The position numbers and the translations under genes were made by a program. The notes under the pieces were generated by a model. That model was not told where the DNA came from. It made no database searches and saw nothing but the letters and a program-made list of their open reading frames with translations. From contig JANJGN010000026.1 in assembly GCA_026770705.1 (NCBI GenBank), positions 40,052,001 through 40,116,000 of the forward strand: a stretch of 64,000 nt of DNA. Direction: 5' to 3'. Numbering within the stretch: the first letter of the stretch is position 1; every line of letters begins with the position of its first letter. Source of the stretch: Isurus oxyrinchus (taxonomy: Eukaryota). Below, in pieces: positions 11,630-23,380 of this stretch.

Positions 11630-13886
11630 TGAAGATAAAAGCAAAATACTGCGGATGAAACAAAAACAAAAATACCTAGAAAGACTCAGCAGGTCTGACA
11701 GAATCTGCGAAGCGGAATACAGTTGACATTTCGACTCCGTATGACTCTTCATCAGAACTAAGGAAAAAGAGAAATGAGATGAAATATATGCTGTTGGGTG
11801 GGGGGGGGGGGGGGGGGGGTGTGGGGAATGCGGTGTGGTGGGACAAGTAGAGCCTGGTAGGGGGCCAGTGATAGGTGGAGGCAAAGAAGAGATTGCCAAA
11901 GATGTCATAGACAAAATGACAAAGGGGTGTTGACGGTGGTGACATTATCTAAGGAATGTGCTCATGGGGATATTAAGGGTAGCAAGCAGGACAAGCTGGT
12001 GGCAGATGGCCCTATTGCGGTGGGGCAGGGGGAAGGGATCAAAATGGGCTGAAAGGTGGAGATTAAAAAAATAGATCGAAATAAATTTTAAAATAGGTGG
12101 GGAAAAATATATTTTTATTTTATATTATTGGAAAAGGGGGTATCGGAAAGTGGGTGGAGATGGAAGAGAGTGTTCATGATCTGAAATTGTTGAACTCAAT
12201 TTTAAGTCCAGAAGGCTGTGAAGTACCTAGTCGGAAGATGAGGTGTCCTTCCTCCAGTTTGCGTTGAACTTCACTGGAACCTTGCAGCAGGCCAAGGACG
12301 GACATGTGGGCATGAGAGCAGGGTGGAGTGTAGAAATGGCAAGCGACAGGGAGGTCTGGGTCATGCTTGCAGACAGGCCAAAGGTATTCTGCAAAGCGGT
12401 CACCCAGTCTGTGTTTGGTGTCTCCAATGTAGAGGAAACTGTATTGGAAGCAGCAAAGACAGTAGACTAAATTGGGGGAAGTGCAAGTGAAGCACTGCTT
12501 CACTTGAACGGAGTCTTTGGGCTCTTTGACGGTGAGAAGGGGTAAGTGTTGTATCTTCTGCGGTTGCACGGGAAGGTGCTGTGGGAGGGGGTGAGGTGTA
12601 GGGGGTGATGGAGGAGTGGACCAGGGTATCCTGGAGGGAATGATCCCTGCGGAAAGCCACCTGGGACGTGAAGGGATTATGTGTTTAATGGTGGAATCAT
12701 GCTGGTTTTGGTGGAATTGACGGAGGATGATCCTTTGAATGCAGAGGCTGGTGGAGTGATAAGTGAGGACAAGGAGGACCCTATCATGGTTGTGGGAGGG
12801 AGAGGAAAGTGTGAGGATGGATGCGTGGGATATGGATCGGAACCGTTGAGGGCCTTGTCAACAACCGTGGGTGGAAAATCGAGGGTGCTTCACTGCCCCT
12901 GGCGGCTTTCTGCAGGGATCGTTCCCTCTGGGACACCCTAGTCCACTCCTCCATCACCCCCTATACCTTAACACCTTCCCATGGCACCTTATCATGCAAC
13001 TGCAGAAGTTGCAACACCTGCCCCTTTACTTCCCCCCTCCTCACCGTCCAAGAGCCCAAAGACTCCATTCAAGTGCAGCAGTGCTTCACTTGCACTTCCC
13101 TCAATTTAGTCTATTGCATTCGCTGCTCCCAATGCGGTCTCCTGCACCTTGGAGAGACGAAACGGAGACTGGGTGACCGCTTTGTGGAACACCTTCAGCC
13201 TGTCTGCAAGCATGACCCAGACCTCCCTGTCGCTTGCCATTTCAACACACGACCCTGCTCTCATGCCCACATGTCCGTCCTTGGCCTGCTGCATTGTTCC
13301 AGTGAAGCTCAACACAAACTGGAGGAACAGCACCTCATCTTCCGACTTTAGGCACTTTATAGCCATCTGGACTTAATATTCAGTTCAACAATTTCAGATC
13401 ATGAACTGTCTCTTCCATCCCCACCCCCTTTCGGATCACCCTTTTTCCCATAAATTATAATTTTAAAACATATATATTTCTCTTTTCCCAACTATTTTGA
13501 AATTTAATTCGATCTATTGTTTTATCTCCACCTTTCAGCTCATTTCAAACCCTTCCCCCCACCCAACACCCATTATGTCCATCTGCCACTAGCTTGTCCT
13601 GCTTGCTACCCTTAGGGTCCCTATTCCTTAGATAATATCACCACCGTCAACACCCCTTTGTCCTTTTGTCTATGACATCTTTGGCAATCTCTTCGTTGCC
13701 TCCTTATCACTGTCCCCCAATCCAGCTCTACCTGTCCCACCCACCTCTGCCATCTTATAGTTCACCACATTTCTCTGTTTTCCTAGTTCTGATGAAGAGT
13801 AATGTGGACTCGAAACGTCAATTGTATTCTTCTCCTTGGATGCTGTCAGACCTGCTGAGCTTTTCCAGGTATTTTTGTTTTTGTTG
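11630..13886. mobile_element. Penelope-like element, inverted pair (minus arm ~11630-12890, plus arm ~12885-13886), GIY-YIG endonuclease remnants
   Basis: FTCTSLNLVYCIRCSQCGLLHLGETKRRLGDRFVEHL in both arms; flanked by 12-bp duplication TGTATGATATCA (11618-11629, 13887-13898). Confidence 0.9.
13783..13825 (+). ncRNA. Minimal hammerhead-ribozyme-like motif in Penelope terminal repeat
   Basis: CTGATGA-agagt-aatgtg-gactc-GAAACGTCA; similar motifs at 11725-11760 (-) and 29705-29745 (+). Confidence 0.55.
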
Positions 13887-14029
13887 TGTATGATATCACT
13901 GCCTGCTATAACACCGCCCATATCATCATCCACTGCTGTCGTCAGTATGACCCGCCTTCTTTGCCGTTTATTATTGGAGAGTTTGCTGCCTTTGTTCTCT
14001 GATGTAATTGATTGGATGTGGGCGGCCCC

Positions 14030-14130
14030 GTGTTAGCTCAGAGACAGTGTGAGCCAATGTCACTATGAAGTAGTGAATGTAGGTGGCCAGGACATGAGTT
14101 CAGAGACAGTGTGAACTGGTGTTTGTGTGA
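14030..14130 (+). repeat. ~60-bp tandem unit upstream of the intronless V family
   Basis: gtggcc...gagctcagagacagtgtga.c twice; same unit at 16882-17080 and 38770-38860 (-). Confidence 0.65.
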
Positions 14131-14312
14131 ATCCTGAAGCGGTAAACTCCAAGGCTCGGCTTATTTCGCTAGTCCGACAGAAAAGCGCCTTGAGTTGGAC
14201 CTGAAGCGAATGTTTGGTTCCTTGTTCAATCTTCAGAATACAATATCCTTTTCCTGGCCGTAACCTGATCCCCGTGGACAATTGCTTCAGCTGGTATTCA
14301 TTTGATCTGATA

Positions 14313-14678
14313 ATGCTGTGGATTTACAGAGTCTGTTTTCTCTTATCCATTCTGATCTCCACTGAAGTGACCGGTGAAGATGAGGTGACGAAGCTCCCAG
14401 TGTGAATTGTTGTCAGTGAAGCGGGAATCGTACCCATGAACTGCACCATCATCAGTGGGATGAACGTGGTGCGTTGGTACAGGCAGCTCCCCAGTCAGCC
14501 ACCCCAACATCTTGTAGTGGCCACAAGAGGAACTGATCAACACGGGAGGACCTCTGCTTCAATCGGGGGAGACAACAAACTCAGTATCCTGGCCATGAGG
14601 GATGCGCAAGTTACAGACACTGCCACCTATCTAAGCGCCATGAGTGTAACAAACAAACTGAGAGCTCGTACAGAAATC
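14313..14678 (+). pseudogene. TCR V pseudogene with leader fused to V (no intron); damaged 23-RSS
   Basis: MLWIYRVCFLLSILISTEVTGEDEVTKLPV*IVVSEAGIVPMNCTIISGMNVVRWYRQLPSQPPQHLV...DAQVTDTATYLSAM; heptamer reduced to AGTG, then 23 nt and ACAGAAATC. Confidence 0.9.
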
Positions 14679-14754
14679 TACACAGAGTGGGGGCTCTGGT
14701 CTATGATGTTTCCATGATCGGCTTGTGAATTATGTGATGATAACAATACGAGGG

Positions 14755-14756
<2 letters not shown>

Positions 14757-14802
<46 letters not shown>
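14757..14802. repeat. (GT)n microsatellite
   Basis: Direct. Confidence 0.95.
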
Positions 14803-14810
<8 letters not shown>

Positions 14811-15429
14811 CTGTGTTGGGGACGGTGTTAAGGGCAAGAGCAAGGCAATATAATATATAAAGGTTTAAACGTGATCAGAAATGCAGGGAGTTAGAAACAT
14901 AGATGCTGAGAAAGGAAGAGCAAACACACAAGCCAGAATAAGTGAGAGGCAATGGTAAAGCGAATAGGTACAGGAATCATTCGTGAAAAGCTCATAACAT
15001 GAGACAAATATGGAAAAATAAATGAAAGAAAGTGGAAAATAACGAACGTCATTCAAAGAGTTTAAAGATTACATGAAGTCATAAATATAAAGAACCTCAA
15101 ATAAAATAGAATTCATTTATATTTAACAACACTCATACTTCTTTGTTAGTTCCAAAGCTAAATTTTCTGAAAATGTTGCCTAAACACTGGTCATTGAATC
15201 GTGCCACATGGATACATTTCCACTTTTCTCTTTGTTCTGATGTTGAAAAATTCTCATGGGTTCCGCTAGGATAACGTGTGATCACACGTTACTCCCTGTT
15301 ATCCACTGGACATTATAAGGGCAGAACTGGCAGTTACCCTGCACAGGCAACCCCACCCACAGGTTTCCTTCGTTGTTATTCGTTTTGACCCTCATTGCTT
15401 GCTCTGTAGTAGTGGGTACATTTAATGGA

Positions 15430-15790
15430 AAGACAGTGGTATAATGGTTATGTTGTTGCACTAGTAATTGAGCGACTCGGTTGCATGGGTTTAAGTCCCT
15501 CCACACAGCATGTGGCAAATTTAAATTTAAAGAGCAAAACCTGGGAATGAAATCAAGTTTTGTAATAGTGACCATGAAAGTAACATTGATTGGTGTACCG
15601 ATGTCCTTTGGGGAAGAAAATCTGCCATCTCTTCCTGGCCTAATCTACATGAGAATCAAGACCCGCAGCAATGTGTTTGGCTCATAACTCCCCTCCGAGA
15701 CAGCCTCACCAACCACTCAGCTCATGGGCAATTAGGGATCGGCAACAAATGGGTCTTGTCAGCGACGCCTACATCTCATCAAATAATTTT
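15430..15790 (+). mobile_element. tRNA-derived SINE with L2-like tail
   Basis: gtggtataatggtt...gggtttaagtccc (A/B box-like) and shared body/tail with 31490-31845. Confidence 0.75.
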
Positions 15791-16074
15791 AAAAAGCCAA
15801 AAAGAATGGTAAAGAGTATTCTGAACAAACTAATCATGTCTCCAGATGAGGTGTGAATGGATCCTTGGCGGCTGCCCAAATGCAATATGAAGGGATAAAG
15901 AAAGAAACGAGACAAGGACGAACCAGCAAAAAAAAAACATGAAAACGATGGAGGCAGCGGTCATCATCTATAATTGAACACAGTGTTAAATACAGAAGGC
16001 TGTAAAGAACATTGAAAAATAGCAGCATTGCTTTGAAATTGGTATCAGTGCTTTTACACTTTGTTGCATATTGT

Positions 16075-16500
16075 CAGCCCTAGTTCAGTTGGTGACACAC
16101 TCCCAGCAGCATCAAAATGTTCTGGGTTCAACCTCACTCCAGGACTTGAGCACAAAAATCAATGCTGACGCTCAGGTGAATCACTGGACGAGAATTACAT
16201 CAGGTGACGTATTTTGGATGAGGCATTAACACGATCTACACCTCTCTGCTCAGGTGAATGTAAAATATCTCATGACACTCTTTCTAAGAAAAGCATGGGA
16301 ATTGTCCAATTTTCATCCCTCAATCAACATCACACAAACTGGCTATCCCATTGCTAAATGTCAGTTTGCTGTATGGACATTAACGACAACAGCTCCTAAA
16401 TTACAACAATGATCACACTTCAACAAGCATTTCAATGGCGATAAGTTCTTTGATACGTCCATTAATTGGGGAAAATGCTAACTGAATGTAAGGTTATTTC
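16075..16500 (+). mobile_element. Deu-domain SINE (SacSINE1-like), degenerate
   Basis: gggttcaacctcactccaggacttgagcacaaaaatcaatgctgac...ggatgaggcattaa...ctcaggtgaatgtaaaatatctcatgacact. Confidence 0.7.
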
Positions 16501-16881
16501 CTTCTTTCATTATCATTTACGATGCAATTACCACTATTGACATATTGAAACATCAGCAAGAAAGGTTCGTTATGCACACATCTGGGTAAGGTTTAAAGAA
16601 TAAAAGCATATTTTCGGACTGGAATAATGAAATTCCTCTTTACACACAGTGTGAGAGCAAAGTGAAACAAGGTTTCACTCAGACTGGAGGAGAGAAACAG
16701 ATCAGAATTGATGGATTTTACAAAGAAAGGCGAGAATTAGGGTCTCCCTGGAAAAGCGAACAACACCAAGAAGGAGGGAAAATCTATTCTCATTTGTAAC
16801 TATACTGTAAAATACAACTTGCCGGATTCAGCAACAGTCAAAACACCTCGCAATTATTAGTACACAAGAGGGCAATGTGAA

Positions 16882-17080
16882 CTACTGGGTGTAGGCACCA
16901 CAGTATGAGCTCAGAGAGTGTCCGCAGGTCTCCGTCAAAGACTTTGAGTATGGGTGGCCCGGTTTGAGCTCAGAGAGCGTGAACTGTCTCAGTGAGAAAC
17001 ACTGAGTGTAGGCAGCCCAGTGTGAACTCAGAGAGTGTGAGCTGGTGTCCTGGAGAAAGACTGAGTTTTAGTGCTGCCTG
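16882..17080 (+). repeat. ~58-bp tandem repeat, ~3.5 copies
   Basis: actgagtgtaggcagcccagtgtgagctcagagagtgtga.. repeated. Confidence 0.8.
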
Positions 17081-17094
17081 TGAGTTGAGGGGCA

Positions 17095-17640
17095 AGGAAA
17101 GCGTTGCTTCAATTAAATAGAAGCTTGGTTAGGTCACACCTAGAGTACTGTGTGCAGTTTTGTCCCCCTTAACTCAGGAGTAGTATCGCTTCGAGGTAGT
17201 GCAGCGAAGGTTCACCAGACTTGTTCCTGGAATGGTGGTACTGTCTTATGAGGAGAGATTGGGGAAACTGGGCCTGCATTCTCTGAAGTTTCGAAGAATG
17301 AGAGGTGATCTGATTGAAACCTACAGAACACTTAAAATAATAGACAGGGTACATGCAGGTAAGATGTTTCCCCCCACTGGAGAGTCTAGAACCAGAGGAC
17401 ACAATTTTAACATAATGCGGAAGCGACCAATGGCAAAGATGAGTGGAAATTTCTTTACTCTGAGAGTTGCGAATCTTTGGAATTCTCCACCCCAGAGGGC
17501 CATGAAAGTTCAGTCTTTGAGTGTAGTTAAGGTACAATTGATAGATTTCCGATTAACAATAACGTAAGGGGTTATGGAGATAGTATGGGTAAAAGCCAGG
17601 GCAGGCTCGACAGGCTGAATGGCCTTCTCCTGTTCCTATT
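17095..17640 (+). mobile_element. CR1 LINE 3' fragment
   Basis: LVRSHLEYCVQF...VQRRFTRLVPGMVVLSYEERLGKLGLHSLKFRRMRGDLIE. Confidence 0.9.
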
Positions 17641-17848
17641 GTAAGCTGCCATTAGTGAGAAACATGGAAAGTGGAAGCTCCAGAGTAGGCACATTCCGAG
17701 CACATGTTCTTTCGGTTTTCCACACGAAGAAACCTCTGAGTTTGGTCTGAAGCGGGGGTCTAGCTGATTGTTAATTCCCCTGAATCTGCTCTCGTGCCCT
17801 GGTTCTCCGTGGACAATTCGGTCTACAAGCATTTCATCCGGTTCAATA

Positions 17849-18189
17849 ATGTTCCAGATTTACTGGGTTTTCGTGATGGTTTATGCACTTCTCAAGTGAA
17901 GCTGAGGTTGTGCAGCTCCCTGGGCGGCTGGTTCTCAGTGACGTGGGAATCGTATCCATGAACTGTTCAGCTACCGTCTCGTACTGGGACAGACTCCGCC
18001 CGTAACAGCCCCTCCAGCATCTGGTTATGGCCACATGTGGTACCGATCAACAAGGAAGGATCACTGTTGCAATCCGGTGAGTCAATAAATTTAGCACAAT
18101 GACCTTGAGGGACATCCGAATGACAGACAGCGCCACTTATCTCTGTGCCGTGAGGCCACAGAGTAGCAAACAGAGTCCGTACAGAAACC
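17849..18189 (+). pseudogene. Intronless-leader TCR V pseudogene (copy 2)
   Basis: MFQIYWVFVMVYALL../SEAEVVQLPGRLVLSDVGIVSMNC...QPLQHLVMAT...RMTDSATYLCAVR; stops; CACAGAG-17-ACAGAAACC. Confidence 0.88.
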
Positions 18190-19268
18190 CTGTGGGAGAG
18201 CTCCTCTGCTGTGTTTTGGCATATCCGGTAATAATAATGGAAATCTATAGTGCATGAGCTTAAAATAGAAAATAATGAAGAGAGAGAGATCAAAAAGTGC
18301 GAAATAAAGATAAATGGAAACCCAGGCAGGGAAAACAGAGGAGCAAACATGGAAAGGGAGATTGAGAGCAAGAATGGGTAGAAACGTTTGCCAATTCATT
18401 TCAGGGAAAGGACATTAACAAAATAAGAAAAGATGAATAAAGGAAAGTGCAAATAACTAGTGGGAAAAGCAAATGTAGAAGTAAACCTTGAAGGAAAAGA
18501 TGTAACAACGAGAAAACTGCATTTTCCTTTAAACTCCCTTCCCCCCAGGAGATATTTCAATTGCCTGAAATAGGTCTCTGAATAAAAAGCTGGAAGCTGC
18601 CAGAAGATGTTGATTCCTTTGTGAGGTACATTTCTCCAGCCTCTATTCATTCTATCAGGAAAGAATTTTACTGGATTCGAACACCCAGCGCCTGATATGT
18701 TCCTTTCCAGAGCCACTGGCAGAAAGCGACAGGTTTCCTCCTACACATGGAGGAGAGGAACTTGCTGGTCTTCAGACAACTGGCCTGTTCAGATGTGAGC
18801 CGCTGGGCTAGGGAGCAGCAGATCAACAAACTGCTTCTTTCATCGTGTGAACAATAGTTACAACCAACCCAGAAGCAGAAATTCCACGTGACTTGAAATT
18901 GGTTCCTTTAGGTATCTGGTAATGTGTTTACCCGATATGTGTTCATCTAATGCCAGCTGTTTCATGTTTGCTTATTGACCTGTAAACTTAAGGATGTATC
19001 TAGTATTCCTCATTCTGGCGCTGCTGAGATGTAGGTACAGGAACTGTACTCAATAACAAACAGTCCTTCTTTCTTTATTCTGGTTGCTTCAGTGCTTCAT
19101 TGTTTGCATATTCTTTACAGTCGAGATCTCTCGTACCGATAAATAAATATTATTTTATTCTACTAAATTGCTCTGATAACAAATTACAATTTTTGACTGA
19201 TTTCACTTGTATCACTCGCACTTCGAATACCCGTGAGCTGGTTGTTCCCTCAGTCTCCATGTCGAGAG

Positions 19269-19587
19269 TGTCTATGTACAAGATTCTCACCTATTTGCTT
19301 CCCGTGTCTCACTGCACTGTAATACACCGCAGTGTCTGATAGCCGGACTATGATAACGGTGAGAGTGATGGAGCATTTCTCACTGCTCCAGGATACTTTA
19401 AACCTTCCCGCAACTATTTCATCTCTGAGTGTGGGGACATAATACTAGGGAGCTCGATTGGAGAATTGCCGGTAACAGAATCCAAGATCACTGGTAGCGA
19501 AAGTAGCAGAATGATGAAGTGAAATAGTTTGTCCTTCACTTCCCCCACACACCGAGATCCGAAATGTCTCCGACTTACAAACAACAG
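19269..19587 (-). pseudogene. Non-canonical V exon (C23H, C104S), no leader found; degenerate RSS
   Basis: cgcag|AVVCKSETFRISVCGGSEGQTISLHHSATFATSDLGFCYRQFSNRAP*YYV...GRFKVS...SITLTVIIVRLSDTAVYYSAVR; CACGGGA-22-ACATAGACA. Confidence 0.85.
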
Positions 19588-19697
19588 CTGCGAGAACAAG
19601 AATAAAATTAGCATCATGATATGTAAAAGGAACATAATTATATGAAATTATATAAATCTATAATTGTTTTTGCATTATAAACTGATATATCTTCCTC

Positions 19698-20005
19698 NNN
19701 NNNNNNNNNNNNNNNNNNNNNNNNNNNNNNNNNNNNNNNNNNNNNNNNNNNNNNNNNNNNNNNNNNNNNNNNNNNNNNNNNNNNNNNNNNNNNNNNNNNN
19801 NNNNNNNNNNNNNNNNNNNNNNNNNNNNNNNNNNNNNNNNNNNNNNNNNNNNNNNNNNNNNNNNNNNNNNNNNNNNNNNNNNNNNNNNNNNNNNNNNNNN
19901 NNNNNNNNNNNNNNNNNNNNNNNNNNNNNNNNNNNNNNNNNNNNNNNNNNNNNNNNNNNNNNNNNNNNNNNNNNNNNNNNNNNNNNNNNNNNNNNNNNNN
20001 NNNNN
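19698..20005. other. Assembly gap
   Basis: Run of N. Confidence 1.
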
Positions 20006-20284
20006 TCTCCTTGCTTATGTTTCGTTTTCTCGTTTATGTACCTATCTAGGTATATGAGAGTCACATACCTTTGTCTGTCCATATCTTTACTTCGTATGTT
20101 CTACAACCAAGTTTTACTTAATATGTTTCTGGGCGCCGTATCTACAGCAACAGCCTTGGAATTTTCTAACTTTATCCAGATGGAAGTTTGAAAATGAGAA
20201 AGTAACGTTTCTGACCATCGCCAGCATTTTAAAAGGCCCCGTTTGGGTAAAAGTTAAAGGTGCAGCAGAGAAGGGCAGTGAACA

Positions 20285-20753
20285 AGATATTGTACGGCCT
20301 GATCCACTCTATGTCTCACTGTGTCTGCTTCACGCAGTGATAGATTCCGGCGTCCTGGACGGCTGTGTTGTCTATAGAGATGGTGTTGAAATTCTTCACT
20401 CGATCAAAGAACAATGCGGAGCGTCCTTCTGTCACGCTCTCCTGATATTAGGAGCCAATAAGTGTCGGAGCCCCTGACAGTGTTTGCCTGTACCAGGCTA
20501 CTGTATGACCAGAGCCAATAGAGAGCCAACAGCTCATTTCAACCCGTTCCCCTTCCCGACACACCACCTGCTCAGGGTGGGAGCTCTGATCCTCAAACTG
20601 AACGGCTGTAAACAGAGGGAAAATTCCACAAACTACGACAGGGTCTTAAGAGATTGGTTAGACAATGCATCTGACTAGGTAAATAAACTCACACAATATC
20701 CAGAGCCTCAGGGACCCTATTGTAAACAGGCCTTTGCGGGGGTTTCTGTTCAT
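20285..20753 (-). pseudogene. TCR V, single stop codon; leader 20693-20753, exon 20324-20605, 23-RSS 20285-20323
   Basis: MNRNPRKGLFTIGSLRLWIL|gtgagt; SVQFEDQSSHPEQVVCREGERVEMSCWLSIGSGHTVAWYRQTLSGAPTLIGS*YQESVTEGRSALFFDRVKNFNTISIDNTAVQDAGIYHCVK; CACAGTG-23-ACAATATCT. Confidence 0.9.
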
Positions 20754-21715
20754 GATGATGAAGATGAACAAAAGGCGGATCCATCAGGGTCTGATTTCCA
20801 AGCTGGAACTTGCTGCCGAGCCCAGGGTTCGCAATGGTGGAGAGGAGGGGGAGAGCGAGATCTTCACATCCTCCTGTTATAGTGAATGACTGATGAGTGA
20901 TTTTCTCACCAATCGACTTATTATTGGTTGCTGTCATCAGGCGTCATTCAGTGCATCACGCAGGGACTGGCTGTCTCAATGCAGAGAACTCTTGACCGGT
21001 CACTGGGAATGAATTTTTCCTTCTCTTTACAACAATAGATTATTTTATTTAGGTTGATTGGATCTCTGGGGTATTTTTAACGTCAATGGTCATCGCCGGC
21101 TCAAAATCATTTAATTTAGCAGGGTTGTTTGCTGGTTCCTCATTACCTATAAATAATTTTACTCCTTTGCCTTTAAATCCACATTTGCTTCATATTTGCT
21201 TTCTGTACCAGTGCAGTTTATATTTATCACGCCGCCTCAATGCTCTTTGGACACTATGGTTTCATTGAATGAGACAAACGTAAACTACATTTCCTGATTG
21301 ACTTTCACTCCGATATCAATGAGAGAACTCCAGGCTGACATTCACGCCGCCTGGAGGTGTTTACGCGTAACTGCGCGCTTGCCGAATTTGTGCAATCCTG
21401 TATTCACCGCGTTTTACTGCGGAGGGAATGTTTCCTTTAAGGGGAGATTGACCCACCAGACATCAAGACCAACAAGATAAAAATATCAGAATGATGGAGG
21501 TAATCAGAGAAACCAACTGTCTGCAGCTCTCCTTGATTGGTGGGGAACTGTCATTATCTCCAACAGACCAGCCAATCCTCTCTCGGGTAACCACTCCTCT
21601 ATTTCTAAAAAAGTGAGATCTGATCCTGATCTGGGTTGCACTTTAATATCAGACCAGAGGGATCAACATATTTAGAATAACCTGTGGTTTTCTGTTGCGC
21701 TCGATACCAGGCACC

Positions 21716-22191
21716 ATGTGCTCCCCATGTTCGTTACTGATAATGATGGTCTTGCTGCCTGGTCACTCTATGTCTACATTGTCAGTGTGTTTACAGGGGT
21801 TATATTTCCTCACTGACTTTTGAAAAATTCTGCATTTGTGTTACGGGAACGAGTGGCGTGGATTCAGTGTCCCAAGATCCGTCTGAATGAATGATTCTGG
21901 AAGGACAGAGCATAGCATTGGACTGCAGTTACTCGACAACGACCCTGCCCAAATTCTGTCCTGGTACAACCAGCATCCTGGCGAAGCTCCGAGATATTTA
22001 CTGAAAATATAAAGTTGGGGGATGAAGAGTAGTCTCCAAACTTAACAGACAGGTTCTCTGCTGATTTGCACATAGGAAACAAAACTGTTCATTTAAATTT
22101 CTCCGGGGCTCTTCTCTCCGACAGCGCCGTGTATTTCTGTGCCATAGAACCCAAACTGCTATAGAGATATAGCAGGTCCGGAGCAAAAACC
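21716..22191 (+). pseudogene. TCR V pseudogene (DSVSQDP family); RSS 22152-22191
   Basis: MCSPCSLLIMMVLLP; acceptor AG>GG; GVDSVSQDPSE*MILEGQSIALDCSYST...WYNQHPGEAPRYLLK...LLSDSAVYFCAI; CAAACTG-24-GCAAAAACC; CTCF-like motif 22213-22230. Confidence 0.9.
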
Positions 22192-22904
22192 CCACTGGGA
22201 ATTCCAGTTTGTGCTCAGCAGAGGGCGCTCACACACCGCGAAACAGTAGCAATAAAGCATTCCCCACAGTGAGGGTCACAGGACTTCCTAAAAGATGCAT
22301 TAAGAACATCAATGTTAGCGGAATTATATTAGCTGATTTCAACTCCAGCTTGTGCCACAATCGATTTTCATAAATCTATTTGATTACTTTCATTAACTTG
22401 TTGCTTTTTGATGCCATTTCTGTGCCTGTCTATTATATTGAACAACCCTTTCCCCGTCTCCCCTGTCGGTTTCATCGTCCGCGGCCTGTTCACAGGGTTT
22501 GTTTGATCAGAGTGTGTTGCTGGGTCGGAGACAGTTTATACACAACGAGCACAGCTCACCAGGCAGTAACTATGATCTCTAAAACAAATCTCAGGTGCAG
22601 AGTTCACCCGCTGACCACTGAGCTTCAGAATGTTCCCTTAATGCTGGAAGCTTTTCTGTCGCTATTAAAATCCCGAGCTTTCTGGTGATAATGAACAGAC
22701 CAAGGTTTAATTCCACCCACACCTGTCTCGAAAAGTGCAGTTGTTCCTCTATCTGACTGTAGTCCAACTCGGGGTGTTTCACTGTCAGTCAGCTGACCAC
22801 CGAAGGATCTCACAGACCCATGGAGACAGAAGGAAGTGAGATGAAAGCTACCTGAGACATAGCAACAATCTATTGAGGGTGGGGATTAGAAGAGGTAAGT
22901 CCAA

Positions 22905-23103
22905 ATCTGATTCTGTGATGATATGCCGGTCGAATGGACTCTGCAGTTTGTTCTGTTGGCCGCTCCTGAAAACAGTTGGTGACAGTTTGATCCAAGGTTA
23001 ATGTGGTTTTCTTTCCGTTTGTGTCTAAGCGACGGACAGCGCCGCTGAACATTGTGGCTGTACCTGCCCGAGACTCGATACAACCCTCAACCGACAGGGA
23101 TTC
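22905..23103 (-). repeat. Orphan copy of the 3' flank of the 2.5-kb V family
   Basis: Homologous to 2255-2440 and 28727-28930 (ggtgacagtttgatcc.aggt.aatgtggttt...gctgaacattgtggctg). Confidence 0.8.
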
Positions 23104-23139
23104 CTAGAATGGAATGAATGGAGTTTCACGAAGAAGGAC

Positions 23140-23380
23140 ATACATATTGAGAAGTGATCTAATGATGAGGAGCGGACTGAAATGGTTACGCAGGATGGTT
23201 CTTCTCTCTGAATGTTGCAGCCCGAGAAATCCTCTGTCAGAGCAGAAATACTGAGCCCCGCCCCACTGAACTGCTGACCCAAACAATGCCAACCAGAACA
23301 GAGGCAGCAATCGGTCCAGGGCAGGCAAGGCGGGTCAGAGAGACGGCTGCAAACGGGAAGCTGTGGGCGGAGCTACAGCA
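23140..23380 (-). pseudogene. Orphan promoter and leader of the TVEQ family (V exon deleted)
   Basis: ...RNHFSPLLIIRSLL aligns with leader 24502-24547; upstream GC box and ATTG elements conserved. Confidence 0.75.

Noticed and set aside
19664-20191. ORFs spanning N run
   Set aside because: Artifact of the assembly gap.
19590-20284. NAR-TCR-type D/J segments between the tandem Vs
   Set aside because: No 12-RSS or FGxG/WGxG J motif seen in the sequenced part, and V1 does not look IgNAR-like.
20311-20330. Possible splice donor (CA|GTGAGA) in the heptamer that would join V1 to the leaderless V2
   Set aside because: It is phase 2 whereas the V2 acceptor is phase 1, so direct V1-V2 splicing here would frameshift.
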